Notes: generated from the sequence alone by a model not told the origin. 63,967 bases of DNA from a virus (IMGVR_UViG_3300031718_000009:1-63967), one strand, 5' to 3'; numbered from the stretch's first letter, positions 44,536 to 54,039 are shown. Numbers and translations: made by a program.

Positions 44536-44844
44536 TTAGCGCGTCGCCGATTTGATCGTGGTGTCTTTCCTACCGCCAATATCCGGGCCGGTCACAACCG
44601 CCTTTGAGACTTTGCAGCCGTCGAGCGAATGCCCGATATAATCATCGGCGTGTGCGAGATCGCGTCCGCATTCCTCCTCTTCCTTGCCGTGCATGGTCGA
44701 GCGGTCGAGCGGGTGTGGAACGATCAGCGTTTGCCCAAAGTCTGCCTTGATGCGGTACATGCCGCCGTTGGTTTTCCCGGAATGCCCGGTTTCCATCATG
44801 TCAGGCACCTTGTCGTCGATGCCGTTGCTTCGAGTTCTTTTCAT
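44536..44844 (-). CDS. Hypothetical protein
   Basis: TGATG-coupled start. Confidence 0.6.
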   Translation of the reverse strand: MKRTRSNGIDDKVPDMMETGHSGKTNGGMYRIKADFGQTLIVPHPLDRSTMHGKEEEECGRDLAHADDYIGHSLDGCKVSKAVVTGPDIGGRKDTTIKSATR

Positions 44845-45122
44845 CAGAGTTCTCCGACTTTTATGGTGACGTGATCCCAATGCGGATCAGCGCCTTCGCT
44901 CGCCGGAACAGCCGGCGCCTTGCTGGGATTTACTGGAACACCGAACGGAAAGAATGGCTCGGTGCGGTCTGTGCGATCGAGCACCTCATAACCGGCCTTC
45001 GCCACTTCCATCGGGGTTTGAGCGAGCCGGGCATTGCCGGTTCGCTCCGTGTCATGGTGCGGCGCCGAGTCTCGACCAAGCGGTTGGAGCTTGTAGAACG
45101 GCGCGCGTGGATTGAAGGGCAT
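44844..45122 (-). CDS. Hypothetical protein
   Basis: RBS GGAGG. Confidence 0.65.
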   Translation of the reverse strand: MPFNPRAPFYKLQPLGRDSAPHHDTERTGNARLAQTPMEVAKAGYEVLDRTDRTEPFFPFGVPVNPSKAPAVPASEGADPHWDHVTIKVGEL

Positions 45123-45137
45123 TTCCGCCTCCTCTGT

Positions 45138-45653
45138 TTAGCCTACGTCTGATAGCTCGTAGACGATAACAACGTCGGCCACGCCAGCATTACCGGCGCC
45201 GGACGGGACAACGAACGACACAACAAGTCCGGTCGCCGAGCTTGCGAACAGGAATGCCCCGGAGACGCCCGCCGATGGCGCATTGGCCGGGTTGCGGCCT
45301 GTCATGCCGCTTTGATCCGACGTGCCAAGGCCAGCCGCCGTAAGCCCGGCGAGCGGCGGTGGCTTGTCCAAGATCATCTTCGTCTGCCCAGCCGTAAACG
45401 GAGCGGCCGTCAGGTTCGTTTGCAACTGCCCGAACTTATTGACGGTCGTACCATCGCCAACTTGGATCACGCCCCAATTGGTCGTGGCGCCTGCGAAGGT
45501 CGTCGTGCAGATCGCCATGATCCCGCGCACTGACGCAACCCATCCGGCCGGAACCGGGATATTCAGCGCCGTGATGGCGCCGCCGAAAGCCAATGCTGGA
45601 TACCGCATGGTAATCAGCAAAGGACTATTTACGTTGTAAGCTGCACCGGGCAT
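45138..45653 (-). CDS. Putative capsid decoration/cement protein
   Basis: Beta-rich; directly after the MCP gene; strong RBS AAGGAGG. Confidence 0.65.
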   Translation of the reverse strand: MPGAAYNVNSPLLITMRYPALAFGGAITALNIPVPAGWVASVRGIMAICTTTFAGATTNWGVIQVGDGTTVNKFGQLQTNLTAAPFTAGQTKMILDKPPPLAGLTAAGLGTSDQSGMTGRNPANAPSAGVSGAFLFASSATGLVVSFVVPSGAGNAGVADVVIVYELSDVG

Positions 45654-45760
45654 TGCGCCCTCCTTGTGATTTGAGTTGCGAACAGACCCGCAACGCAGGT
45701 CTGCTCTGCCAGTCTTGACCGGTCAGCTCTGTCAGTCCTGACCGGGAACGAAAATGACGC

Positions 45761-46195
45761 CTACGTCGCGCTGTCCCACATCACGATCTTCGCGTTCGCC
45801 GCGTCGGGGTGCGCAATGCCGAATCCGCCCAAGTAATACCAAGCGACGCCGCGACTTCTTCCGTAGTCGTCCGGGATTTTGGCGCGTATCTCCTCGGGGA
45901 GCGCAATAGCTTCGGTCACTGTGTCGGCGCCGAATAGGAATGCCCAACTAGACTGTCCGTTCGCCCATGGGTCGGATACTTGCGCGTACGGATCGAATAG
46001 CACGGAAGCATCGGAACCGCCAGCCGGGATGAACGTCTGTTCAATAAAGCGGGTGTTTTCGTAACGGCCGATCTCGCCGGAGAAGATTTCGGCGATACCA
46101 AGGACCGTATACTGCTTGATGCCTTCGAGGGTGTTCTTGAACGGCCGGTAGGTCGTCGGCCGCGAGATCATCATATAGTCGTCGTCTTTGAAAGG
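45761..46195 (-). CDS. Major capsid protein, exon 2 (144 aa)
   Basis: PFKDDDYMMISRP...GEIGRYEN.RF.E...DYGR..GVAWYY; N4-gp56-like MCP C-terminal half. Confidence 0.9.
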   Translation of the reverse strand, partial: PFKDDDYMMISRPTTYRPFKNTLEGIKQYTVLGIAEIFSGEIGRYENTRFIEQTFIPAGGSDASVLFDPYAQVSDPWANGQSSWAFLFGADTVTEAIALPEEIRAKIPDDYGRSRGVAWYYLGGFGIAHPDAANAKIVMWDSAT

Positions 46196-46989
46196 CTTAG
46201 TGTTCGCTCTGGTTCGCTACACCAGAACCGCCATTTGGCCGCTGCAACTTTCATTGCAGAACAGACTATATCTTGCTCCGTTATCCACAGAGACTGAGCG
46301 CTTCGGGCCGCTTGGCCCTACTCCCTTACGGGATAGTCGTTGAACGTTATCGAAGGATATGAAAGAGTGTAACCGTATCCCCCTTTCATGCGGTGAAACA
46401 TGAGACGACAACATCACTTCGCCACCCCAATGACGCCCTTTAGCGACATCGAAGCGGCTTACATCGCTGGAGTAATTGATAGCGATGGATGCATCCATTT
46501 CGAAAGAGCACGCCGTAAGAACGGCGGCTTCCGCTACAGGATCATCGTTGCCGTCGATATGTGCGATCTGCCTACTATGGAGCACATTTCCAAAACCACT
46601 GGAGGGCGTCTCGTCACAAAACGCTCTCTGCGCGGGTCGCTAACCAAACGACCATTCATTTATCGTCTCACTTGGCGGAACGGCCCTGCCGAAGATTTTC
46701 TTCGGAGGATTCTTCCGTTCCTGCACAACAAGAAACGGCAGGCAGAGCTTGGTATTGAATTCCAAAACCAAGTTGCAAAGCCCCTTGGAGTGAAATTCAC
46801 TGCTGATGATTTCACCATTTGCGAGCGCTTCTATTTAGAAATGAAAGCGCTCAACAATCCTTCCGATCTTCGCTGCTGATTGCCCAATCCTGCCAGTTTT
46901 CAAACCGTCGCGTTTATCCTCGCGGATTCCGCTGTGGTTGGCAGGCTCTAAGGGGTTTCCAGACAATTCACTCAGTGTACCCAAACTTT
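46196..46989 (-). ncRNA. Group I self-splicing intron, 794 nt, in the major capsid gene
   Basis: 5' exon ends in U with a P1 U-G pair (UACCU/GGGUA). Core elements P AAUUGUCUGGAAA, Q AAUCAGCAG, R GUUCAACGACUA and S AAGAUAUAGUCU are present, with a terminal G. Splicing restores the frame. Confidence 0.93.
46400..46879 (+). CDS. Single-motif LAGLIDADG homing endonuclease, antisense within the intron
   Basis: AAYIAGVIDSDGCI...ILPFL..KK.QA...F. Confidence 0.9.
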   Translation: MRRQHHFATPMTPFSDIEAAYIAGVIDSDGCIHFERARRKNGGFRYRIIVAVDMCDLPTMEHISKTTGGRLVTKRSLRGSLTKRPFIYRLTWRNGPAEDFLRRILPFLHNKKRQAELGIEFQNQVAKPLGVKFTADDFTICERFYLEMKALNNPSDLRC

Positions 46990-47547
46990 AGGTATGTTTT
47001 GCTCCTTCATATAGTCCGAAAGAGCTTTGATATGCCCTGTATTCAAGCCAACGTTGTTGGTGATCGCTGTTGAGCCGGTCGTTGAGACCGTTACTGACGT
47101 GAGGGACGTTCCGCCGGTCGGTGCAGCTCGAAGCGGGGTCTGCTTGAACTGCAAGAAGGCGACGATGTCGAAGAATTTCCTGGCGTCGTTCTTCAGCGTC
47201 TGATTGATGATCGCCATGATGTCGTGTTTGGCGAGGTCCATCAGCTTGCCGGTGAAGGGAACGGAGATACCGGCTTCGGTGATCGTCAGCGTCCGCTGAA
47301 GGATCGTAAAGCCGCCTTCCGGCATGGCTTGGCGCTCGTCGAGCTGGCGCCCTTGAGTGCCAATATTCGTATAAACGTTCCAGTGAAAGAGATCACCGCG
47401 GTTTAGACCTTTCTGTTCTCCGTCTGGAGCGTCGCAAAACTGTCTAAACTTGGTTAGCGGTTGAGTAACGGTCCGCATATAGTCGGAAAGTTCGTCCGAA
47501 TACGCGAAGCCGCCCTCGCTTGAGACCGTCCAGATTTGTCCGGCCAT
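46990..47547 (-). CDS. Major capsid protein, exon 1 (186 aa; spliced product 330 aa)
   Basis: KFRQFCD, G..FHWN, TITEAG.SVPFT; follows the scaffold gene. Confidence 0.9.
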
Positions 47548-47550
47548 GAT

Positions 47551-47583
47551 AATTACCTCTACGTGTTGGCACGTAGGGGAATT
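47551..47583 (-). promoter_or_regulatory. Hairpin sequestering the MCP ribosome-binding site
   Basis: AATTCCCCTACGTG-CCAA-CACGTAGAGGTAATT, with GAGGT in the 3' arm. Confidence 0.55.
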
Positions 47584-47589
47584 GTTCTT

Positions 47590-48933
47590 TTACGATGTTG
47601 GTTGGAAGCGTGCCTTTCGCATCTTTTGAATTGCTGCCGATGCGACGGCAATCCGATCTTCTGGCGCGGGCGCCGGTTCGGCGCTTCCCATCTGAGAAGT
47701 TCCGCTACGTGCGAGTGGGGGCATGAGCGCGCGTTTCTCCGCGATGCGGGAATCGGCGACTCTGGGTTGGGGCGGGACCGGCGTGAAATTTGGCCTTGTC
47801 TTGGCTATGTTTTCTTGCGGTGTCCCAAAAGTTTCAGTGAGCTTGTCACTCGCTGCCTGGAAAATTTTATCCGGTGAGCGAACCGGTCTCCCCTCCACTA
47901 GCGCGGCGGTCAAAACATCCGCTGCAAGTCTGGGGTTGGTCGCGATGGCCGCATACTGGTTGTCATCCACGAGGCCGAGCGCCTTGATGTCATCGGCGAT
48001 TTCTCCAGCGACGAACGAGATGTGCGCCCTGGACAGATACGGACTCGCTATGATGTTGTTGTTGTTGGCTGCAAAGCTCTCTACGGCTCTGGCGTACTCT
48101 TGCTGCACGGAGCCCAACGCGCGCGTGTGGTCATTGGTACGGAGGGCATGGCTAACGCCAGCGTCGAAGACCTCTTGAAGGGCGCGCGCGGCCTCCTCAG
48201 GGTCGCCTAACTGAATTTTCTCGATTGCGCTGATGAGCGCCGGATCGGGTCGCGCAGGCGCGATCGCTGGTGCCTGAGTCGGCGCTGGCGGCGTCTGTCT
48301 GCGCGCTTGATCCTTGAGAGCATTGGCTTCCGCAAGGCGATTTGAGAACGCGATTTGCTTTTGCGCGAGCCGCTGGAGCGACACTTCGCTGAATTGCTCG
48401 GCATCGGCCGGATCGACCTCCGCGTAGCGAAGCAGCTCCTCGCGGGAGACACTGAATTGATTGCCGTCAACCTTGAGCAAATATGTCTTGGTGGTGGCCT
48501 TCCGTTCCTCGGCGGCGCGGGCGGCAAGCTCCTCACCCTCGATGCGCTCTTTCTCTCTGGCCGCAGCATCGGGATCGACCGGCTCGGCAGGCTCTGGTTC
48601 GGCTCCCTCGACCGGAATTGCGCCGGGGATATCCGGGTTATCGCCATCGATGAACGGGACATGGCTCGCCGGGATGAGGTTTTTACGCTCGGCGGCTCGA
48701 TCAGCCTTGAACCGTTCGGCGATTATCTCGCGCTGGCGATCTCTAAATGCGGGCGTGCGGTCCCCGGTGACAAGAGGAGCTGCGGCAGGCGGTGCAAGCG
48801 CGGTCTTGCGCGCGGCATCCTCGCCTTCGTGCGGCGCGGCCGGAGGCGCGCCTGTCCCGTCTTCGACGGGCTGCGGAACGTTCGACTTCGGATCGTCCCT
48901 GTAACCGGCAAGTTTGTCTGTTGCCATACTCAA
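47590..48933 (-). CDS. Capsid scaffolding protein
   Basis: Acidic/Pro-rich N-terminus, LKVDG...V..EEL, coiled coils and a basic C-terminal helix; upstream of MCP. Confidence 0.8.
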   Translation of the reverse strand: MSMATDKLAGYRDDPKSNVPQPVEDGTGAPPAAPHEGEDAARKTALAPPAAAPLVTGDRTPAFRDRQREIIAERFKADRAAERKNLIPASHVPFIDGDNPDIPGAIPVEGAEPEPAEPVDPDAAAREKERIEGEELAARAAEERKATTKTYLLKVDGNQFSVSREELLRYAEVDPADAEQFSEVSLQRLAQKQIAFSNRLAEANALKDQARRQTPPAPTQAPAIAPARPDPALISAIEKIQLGDPEEAARALQEVFDAGVSHALRTNDHTRALGSVQQEYARAVESFAANNNNIIASPYLSRAHISFVAGEIADDIKALGLVDDNQYAAIATNPRLAADVLTAALVEGRPVRSPDKIFQAASDKLTETFGTPQENIAKTRPNFTPVPPQPRVADSRIAEKRALMPPLARSGTSQMGSAEPAPAPEDRIAVASAAIQKMRKARFQPTS

Positions 48934-49292
48934 TCGTCCACCATTGTTGCGTCACCGCCTCTTGTCAGTACCGCCATGTGCATGTTTTCGCGCTCCTCGA
49001 TTTTCATGGCGGCGTAGATTGCGGAGATTTGCTCACCCTCGTTGATGGTCTTGCCCACCCACCGGATAAGGTCGAGATGCATCGTGATCTTGTTCTGGAG
49101 GCTACGGATGACGCTTGGCGCGTCAGCATCGGCATCGATCAAAGCCAGAAGTGACTCTGCCGCCTCGGCCCTGGAGCAAGCGAGAAGGTGCAGGATCGGG
49201 CCACCTTTTGGCAGCACAAGCTCTGCGAAGTAGTTGTCAGAGAAAGCCTGAATGGCGCGCGCGGCCATGTCGGTCGAGTAGTCACGACTCAC
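48930..49292 (-). CDS. Hypothetical protein of the head module
   Basis: ORF track; coupled to neighbours. Confidence 0.7.
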   Translation of the reverse strand: MSRDYSTDMAARAIQAFSDNYFAELVLPKGGPILHLLACSRAEAAESLLALIDADADAPSVIRSLQNKITMHLDLIRWVGKTINEGEQISAIYAAMKIEERENMHMAVLTRGGDATMVDD

Positions 49293-49452
49293 GTTCTGGT
49301 AATTCCGCTACAAGCGCTTCTATTTCTTCCTGAGCGCGCGTGAGTTGCCTTGCGAGCACGACAATATCGGCGTCTGGATCGAGGTCCGGGTTATCCAAAA
49401 GACTTGCTGCCAATATCAGCGCGCGCCGTCTTTCCGAGATGTAGGTGCTCAT
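49282..49452 (-). CDS. 56-aa hypothetical protein
   Basis: Translated by hand (MSTYISERRRALILAASLLD...). Confidence 0.45.
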   Translation of the reverse strand: MSTYISERRRALILAASLLDNPDLDPDADIVVLARQLTRAQEEIEALVAELPERES

Positions 49453-49509
49453 TTTTCATAGAGCTTTCGCAATCCAGTTATGCTATACAAGGTTAAAGGA
49501 GATACAGAG

Positions 49510-49701
49510 ATGCCCGCCATGGTTGCAATTCTATTGGCAACGAGCATGATCACGCCCCCTATGACCAAGCCTCATCTCGAAGCCCAGCCCGCTTGCGCTC
49601 CAGGTATGAGCGATCAAATATGCCAGGATGCGATCGATCGGAACAAACAGGCCTTAAGGCAGCTTCTATTTAAGCCTAGGGCCACGGACCAAAATAACTA
49701 G
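49510..49701 (+). CDS. Counter-oriented small exported peptide (moron-like)
   Basis: RBS AAAGGAG; hydrophobic N-terminus; Cys pair. Confidence 0.55.
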   Translation: MPAMVAILLATSMITPPMTKPHLEAQPACAPGMSDQICQDAIDRNKQALRQLLFKPRATDQNN

Positions 49702-50599
49702 GTGGCCCCACACTGTTCGAAAGCAGCCAGGGCATACCGTTGGGGTCTCCCGCAACAAACCATGATGGAACATTTTGAGGGGTCACATCGCTGGTCACAT
49801 TTCCTTGTGTCGCGTCGAATGAAAGAATAGGAGTCATGTTGCCAGGCCCCGGCCCAGAATAGGACAGAGCTGGGAAAAGGGCTCGTCCATTGTGGTCAAT
49901 GGTATGGCCTACTTGAGCGCTCGACAGCCATGTGGCAGGATTCCCCGCGTCCTCTATTTCTTGCTCTGTTGGGAAATCGCTCACGCTGCCGCTGATAGGA
50001 TGATGCGGAGCCGGCGCATTCCAATCCGGCAGATCGACAGGCCAATCATCAACTCCATTCCCCATGAACCATGCCGGATGATCGGCGGGGGAAAGCCACA
50101 TTTCAAGAGGATGACTTACACTGGCGCCCATAAGCGCCTTAGTTATATCTTGGCGAGTAGCGCGCCTCCCCGTATTACTTAGCCCTCGTATGCTGATCAC
50201 GCCGGGGGTCTCGATTTCTGTCCTCATGCGAGCGGTTTGCTCTTGACCAAAGACGAAGATCGCGAAACCAGTTGGGCCAAAGTACGGAGCGTCTGCCCAT
50301 AAATCGCCTGGTACACTCTGCACGCCCAATTGGCCTAGCGCCCGCTGTACGGCTGCTCCGGGGCCACCTGGATAAGCAGAAGACCGCGACGCAATAGAGG
50401 CGGTAGCAGGATCGAGATTAGTTGGAACACCAGGAATGACGAAATCGTACGAGGATGGCGTGTTGCCGTGAGGGTTCCACGTGTCTGCCGTGCCGCCATG
50501 CCCACTTGACGACCACCACGGGATTGTCGTGCCAGGCTGCCCATTTGGTCTATCTGGGGTAACTAAAACTTCCGGCAGCTCACCACCATCGTAAGGCAT
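49676..50599 (-). CDS. Hypothetical protein (possible virion accessory)
   Basis: RBS AGGAG; Pro/Gly/Trp-rich. Confidence 0.7.
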   Translation of the reverse strand: MPYDGGELPEVLVTPDRPNGQPGTTIPWWSSSGHGGTADTWNPHGNTPSSYDFVIPGVPTNLDPATASIASRSSAYPGGPGAAVQRALGQLGVQSVPGDLWADAPYFGPTGFAIFVFGQEQTARMRTEIETPGVISIRGLSNTGRRATRQDITKALMGASVSHPLEMWLSPADHPAWFMGNGVDDWPVDLPDWNAPAPHHPISGSVSDFPTEQEIEDAGNPATWLSSAQVGHTIDHNGRALFPALSYSGPGPGNMTPILSFDATQGNVTSDVTPQNVPSWFVAGDPNGMPWLLSNSVGPPSYFGPWP

Positions 50600-50610
50600 T
50601 TACAATCTCC

Positions 50611-51360
50611 TCATCGCATCGGCCCGAAGTTGAGAGGGCCGCCGAGTGTCCTGTATGGTGTTTGCGTGAACGTTGGAAGGATTGTAGCCGGGGCCAAACT
50701 ACCTGTTGGGGGGTGAGGAGTCCCGGAGCAAGTGATCACGTACATTATATTATTAGCTGCGAGGATATTCGCAGCGCTTGACGAACCGAACCCAAGTGAA
50801 CCGGCACCAAAGTAGACACCAGAGAATTGCCATGCGCCTGAGACACTATCGATATACAGGTAGTAGCGTCTCACAACGACGCCGCTTATAATTTGAGACC
50901 CCAATGCCGCGCCGATCGCCTCATCTGCCGCTGTAAAATCGGACGCCGCGGACGGAGAGTTGCCTGGAATGTTCCAGACATAATAGTTGTTATTTCCCGC
51001 GGGCGGCGAACCACCGCCCATGCCTGATGTCATTATGCTGGGGAACGCGCCGACCGTTGTCCATGTATAGGCCGTTCCAGGGCCAGGGTCAGCGACTGGC
51101 ACGGTATTCGAACCGGAATTGGGATGAGCCACGCCGGAGCACGAAACTGTTGCAACCGTGAAAATCCCACTGGCATTATAAACGTATGTGACCCAAAGAT
51201 ATCCCCACATACCAAGCGGCGAGCTGTCTACGTAACGCCAGGAGTCTGCCGGGGGATTGCCGAGCGCAAGTGCGATCTTGGAAATAGTCTCGTCACGATC
51301 CGACACCGCGGCTGTTGGAGGGATTACGACATTCAGTCTGTTTATTGATGATCCAATCAC
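50611..51360 (-). CDS. Hypothetical protein with an internal duplication
   Basis: RBS AAGGAG; two I..ALG...Y...CSG..HP units. Confidence 0.7.
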   Translation of the reverse strand: MIGSSINRLNVVIPPTAAVSDRDETISKIALALGNPPADSWRYVDSSPLGMWGYLWVTYVYNASGIFTVATVSCSGVAHPNSGSNTVPVADPGPGTAYTWTTVGAFPSIMTSGMGGGSPPAGNNNYYVWNIPGNSPSAASDFTAADEAIGAALGSQIISGVVVRRYYLYIDSVSGAWQFSGVYFGAGSLGFGSSSAANILAANNIMYVITCSGTPHPPTGSLAPATILPTFTQTPYRTLGGPLNFGPMR

Positions 51361-51375
51361 AACATTCTCCTTTGT

Positions 51376-54039
51376 TTATGCCGCTGGTGCCATCTCAGGC
51401 GCAGGGTTCTGTGTGGGCATCATGCCCGGATTCTGCGTTGGCTGATTTGCGCCGCCGGCCGTTCCGCTGCTCGCGTTGCCCATGGTATTGCCAAAGAGCT
51501 TCGCAAGGTCTGAATTTTGCGCTGTACGCGCCTGGTGCGCATGGTCCTGCGCCTGCGAATGCAGCTTGTGGACATGATCGGCGGCTTGCTTGCCGCGGTC
51601 ATGCCCCATCGAGACAACGTTCTTGGCGAGCTCCGCGCGCGCGCGCATTTTCTCAAGCTCGATTTTCGCAGCGTCCTGGCGGTCCTTTTGGGCGATTGCG
51701 GCCATTTTCGTCTGGTTATCTTGCTGATTCTTCTGCGCGGCGATCATGTTGGCCTGGCGCTTTACGTCCTGCTCGGCCATCATCGCCTGCGCCTTCGGGT
51801 CCGGCGCCTGCCCTTGTGCCCCGCCGAGATCGACAAAGAAGCGGTCGCCGCCGTCGCGGAAGCCAGCCGCGCCGAATACCGTGTTGATGATTTCCTCGAC
51901 GTTTGGAGTTGGCGGCTTGATCACGCCGGCCGCGACGAATGGCTCAAGCACCCCCCCAATCGTTTGCGCGGCCATTTGGAATTTCTGCAGCCGCTGCATC
52001 GGCAAATTCGCAGCACCAACCCCAACTTTGATCGTGAGGCTCGTTTCCGCCGTAAGCAGGTTGTCGGTTATCTCAGACATTCCAAATCTCTGAAATAACC
52101 GCGCCTTCTCGCCAGCAATCGCCAAAACAGTCTCGTCGCTCTCGTAATACTCTTCCAGGTGCATGACCTGGTTGAGGACCGGCGCGACCCATGTCTCGGT
52201 TTCGACCGATAGATCGAACTCGGACGTTGACGACGCATCGCCGGCGAGCAGGTTCATCCCGCCGACCGTCTCATTGAGCTGCCGGTTTGTCTGGACGGTT
52301 CCCATGTTCATGACGCCGGCCAGGCTGTCGAAGTCGCTATTGAGCTGGGCATCCTGTTGCGCCGCGGATTGCGGGATATCCGGGATTTGCGCCCATTCGA
52401 CATCACCCGGATTGGTGATCATGATGATGCGATCGGCGCCGCGCTTCTGGATCGCCTTGAGATCGACATCCGCACCACGTTTGACCACGGCGGGCGGAGA
52501 GACACACTGCTTCAAGTGATCAAGCCGAAGGTTGACTTGATCGTTCAATTCGAGCTGGAGCGGCTGCCAGGACTCGACCGGCGACATGGGGTAGGGGCGG
52601 AACGCCTCGATTGCCCCAAGGCCAATAACGATCGGCCGCGCGCCGCCCTGTTCCGGGTAGGCGTCAGCGGTTAAGACAGGATCGGACAGCATCCGCGTGA
52701 TGCCGAGGGTCCAAAACGTGTAATCCGCCCCGCCGATTCGCATGTACCATTCGTAAAGCCAGACCCTTCCGAACGTACCGCTGACCATCATCATCGGGTC
52801 TGTGCCCTCGTTACGGGCTACCCGGCTTGCGATGCTGTCCGAGGGGCCGGACGTCGGCGAGACGGCTGATCTGAACACCTCGATCGGCGTATCGACGAAC
52901 GGAATTTTTTTACTCTGGCCTTGCGAGCGCGAGACGAGCAGCCATGCGTCGTCAGCGCTCATCGGATGCGCGATGCGAAGGTACTGCGCGGATTGGGCCG
53001 GGTCCGTCCAGTCGCAATTCGGATCGAAGATTACGTTCTCCGGCGGGAAAAGCTGAATGTCCGGCCGGTCCTCGATGACCCGTGTCTTTTGCGGCTCCTC
53101 CGGCTCGAACGGAGGCGATTGGATCGACGCCTGCAATTGTCCTGGCGGATTGGGCGGTGGCGCGGGCTGCGCAGGAGGAGCACCGCCGAGCGGCGCTCCT
53201 CCTGGCCCAGGAGGGCCGCCTGGCGCTGGTTGCGCCCCCCCTGGAACTTGAGACCCTGGAGCCGGCGGGGGAGCGCCTGCACCAGCCCCGGACGGTGATA
53301 TGGTTGCCGGCGGCGGCGGCGGCGCTCCCCCTGGCATCCCGCCTCCTCCTAGCCCCATGGATGACGGCCCTGGCGGCGGAATGCTTTGGGACAAAGCGAA
53401 ACTTTGTTCGTTTTTGCGCTCATTCTCACCGCGGGCGTCGGTTTTCTCCTCCTTGAAAATCCACGACTGCTTTGAGACGCAGAGCCCGGTGATCTGCATC
53501 GTCTGGACGGCGCCGGATGCGGTCAGGAACCATTTGATCCCGTTGCGTTTGGTCTCGCGGGCCAGGCGATAATTTAGCAGCTCTTGCTTGAGTGCCGCGC
53601 TTGCGGCCTGTACCTGATCAGCCTCGTTCTCGGGAGTGATCGAAACCACATCACCAGTCGAAAACAGCGCCGTCGCGGCTGCCTGCATCTTCTTACGAAC
53701 CGCGTCGCGCGTCTTCGGGCGAAATGTCTTCGACCGCCCGGAAAAACGCGAATGAAGATATTTCGAGCCCTCAAAATGCTGCGAGCGATAGGCCCGATAA
53801 TTTCTGGCCCAAAACGAACGAACTGCCGTCTGGAAGAACGTGGCACCTTGGCTCTCCGCTTCTTGGGCAAGTCTCAATATCTGGCCGGGGCGAAACGCTT
53901 CCTCTTCCAAGAGCACGCGCGGATCGTCACTCTCGGAAGCTGTCGGGCCTCCCGAAGTTCCACCTTGCGCGCCACGAAAGCCAGGGGTTGATTGGTCACT
54001 GCCATCAACCGGAAAGTTCCCGGCTAGCGTTGGGATCAT
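51376..54039 (-). CDS. Portal protein (P22-like) with a Pro/Gly-rich insertion
   Basis: RSKTFRPKTR, EN.IFDP, QLELN..VN.RLD, ETVGGMNLL and a Q-rich C-terminus; size and position. Confidence 0.88.
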   Translation of the reverse strand: MIPTLAGNFPVDGSDQSTPGFRGAQGGTSGGPTASESDDPRVLLEEEAFRPGQILRLAQEAESQGATFFQTAVRSFWARNYRAYRSQHFEGSKYLHSRFSGRSKTFRPKTRDAVRKKMQAAATALFSTGDVVSITPENEADQVQAASAALKQELLNYRLARETKRNGIKWFLTASGAVQTMQITGLCVSKQSWIFKEEKTDARGENERKNEQSFALSQSIPPPGPSSMGLGGGGMPGGAPPPPPATISPSGAGAGAPPPAPGSQVPGGAQPAPGGPPGPGGAPLGGAPPAQPAPPPNPPGQLQASIQSPPFEPEEPQKTRVIEDRPDIQLFPPENVIFDPNCDWTDPAQSAQYLRIAHPMSADDAWLLVSRSQGQSKKIPFVDTPIEVFRSAVSPTSGPSDSIASRVARNEGTDPMMMVSGTFGRVWLYEWYMRIGGADYTFWTLGITRMLSDPVLTADAYPEQGGARPIVIGLGAIEAFRPYPMSPVESWQPLQLELNDQVNLRLDHLKQCVSPPAVVKRGADVDLKAIQKRGADRIIMITNPGDVEWAQIPDIPQSAAQQDAQLNSDFDSLAGVMNMGTVQTNRQLNETVGGMNLLAGDASSTSEFDLSVETETWVAPVLNQVMHLEEYYESDETVLAIAGEKARLFQRFGMSEITDNLLTAETSLTIKVGVGAANLPMQRLQKFQMAAQTIGGVLEPFVAAGVIKPPTPNVEEIINTVFGAAGFRDGGDRFFVDLGGAQGQAPDPKAQAMMAEQDVKRQANMIAAQKNQQDNQTKMAAIAQKDRQDAAKIELEKMRARAELAKNVVSMGHDRGKQAADHVHKLHSQAQDHAHQARTAQNSDLAKLFGNTMGNASSGTAGGANQPTQNPGMMPTQNPAPEMAPAA

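Noticed and set aside
46281-46289. Perfect DnaA box TTATCCACA
   Set aside because: It is a single copy inside an intron hairpin. One 9-mer in 64 kb is plausible by chance, and I saw no cluster of boxes.
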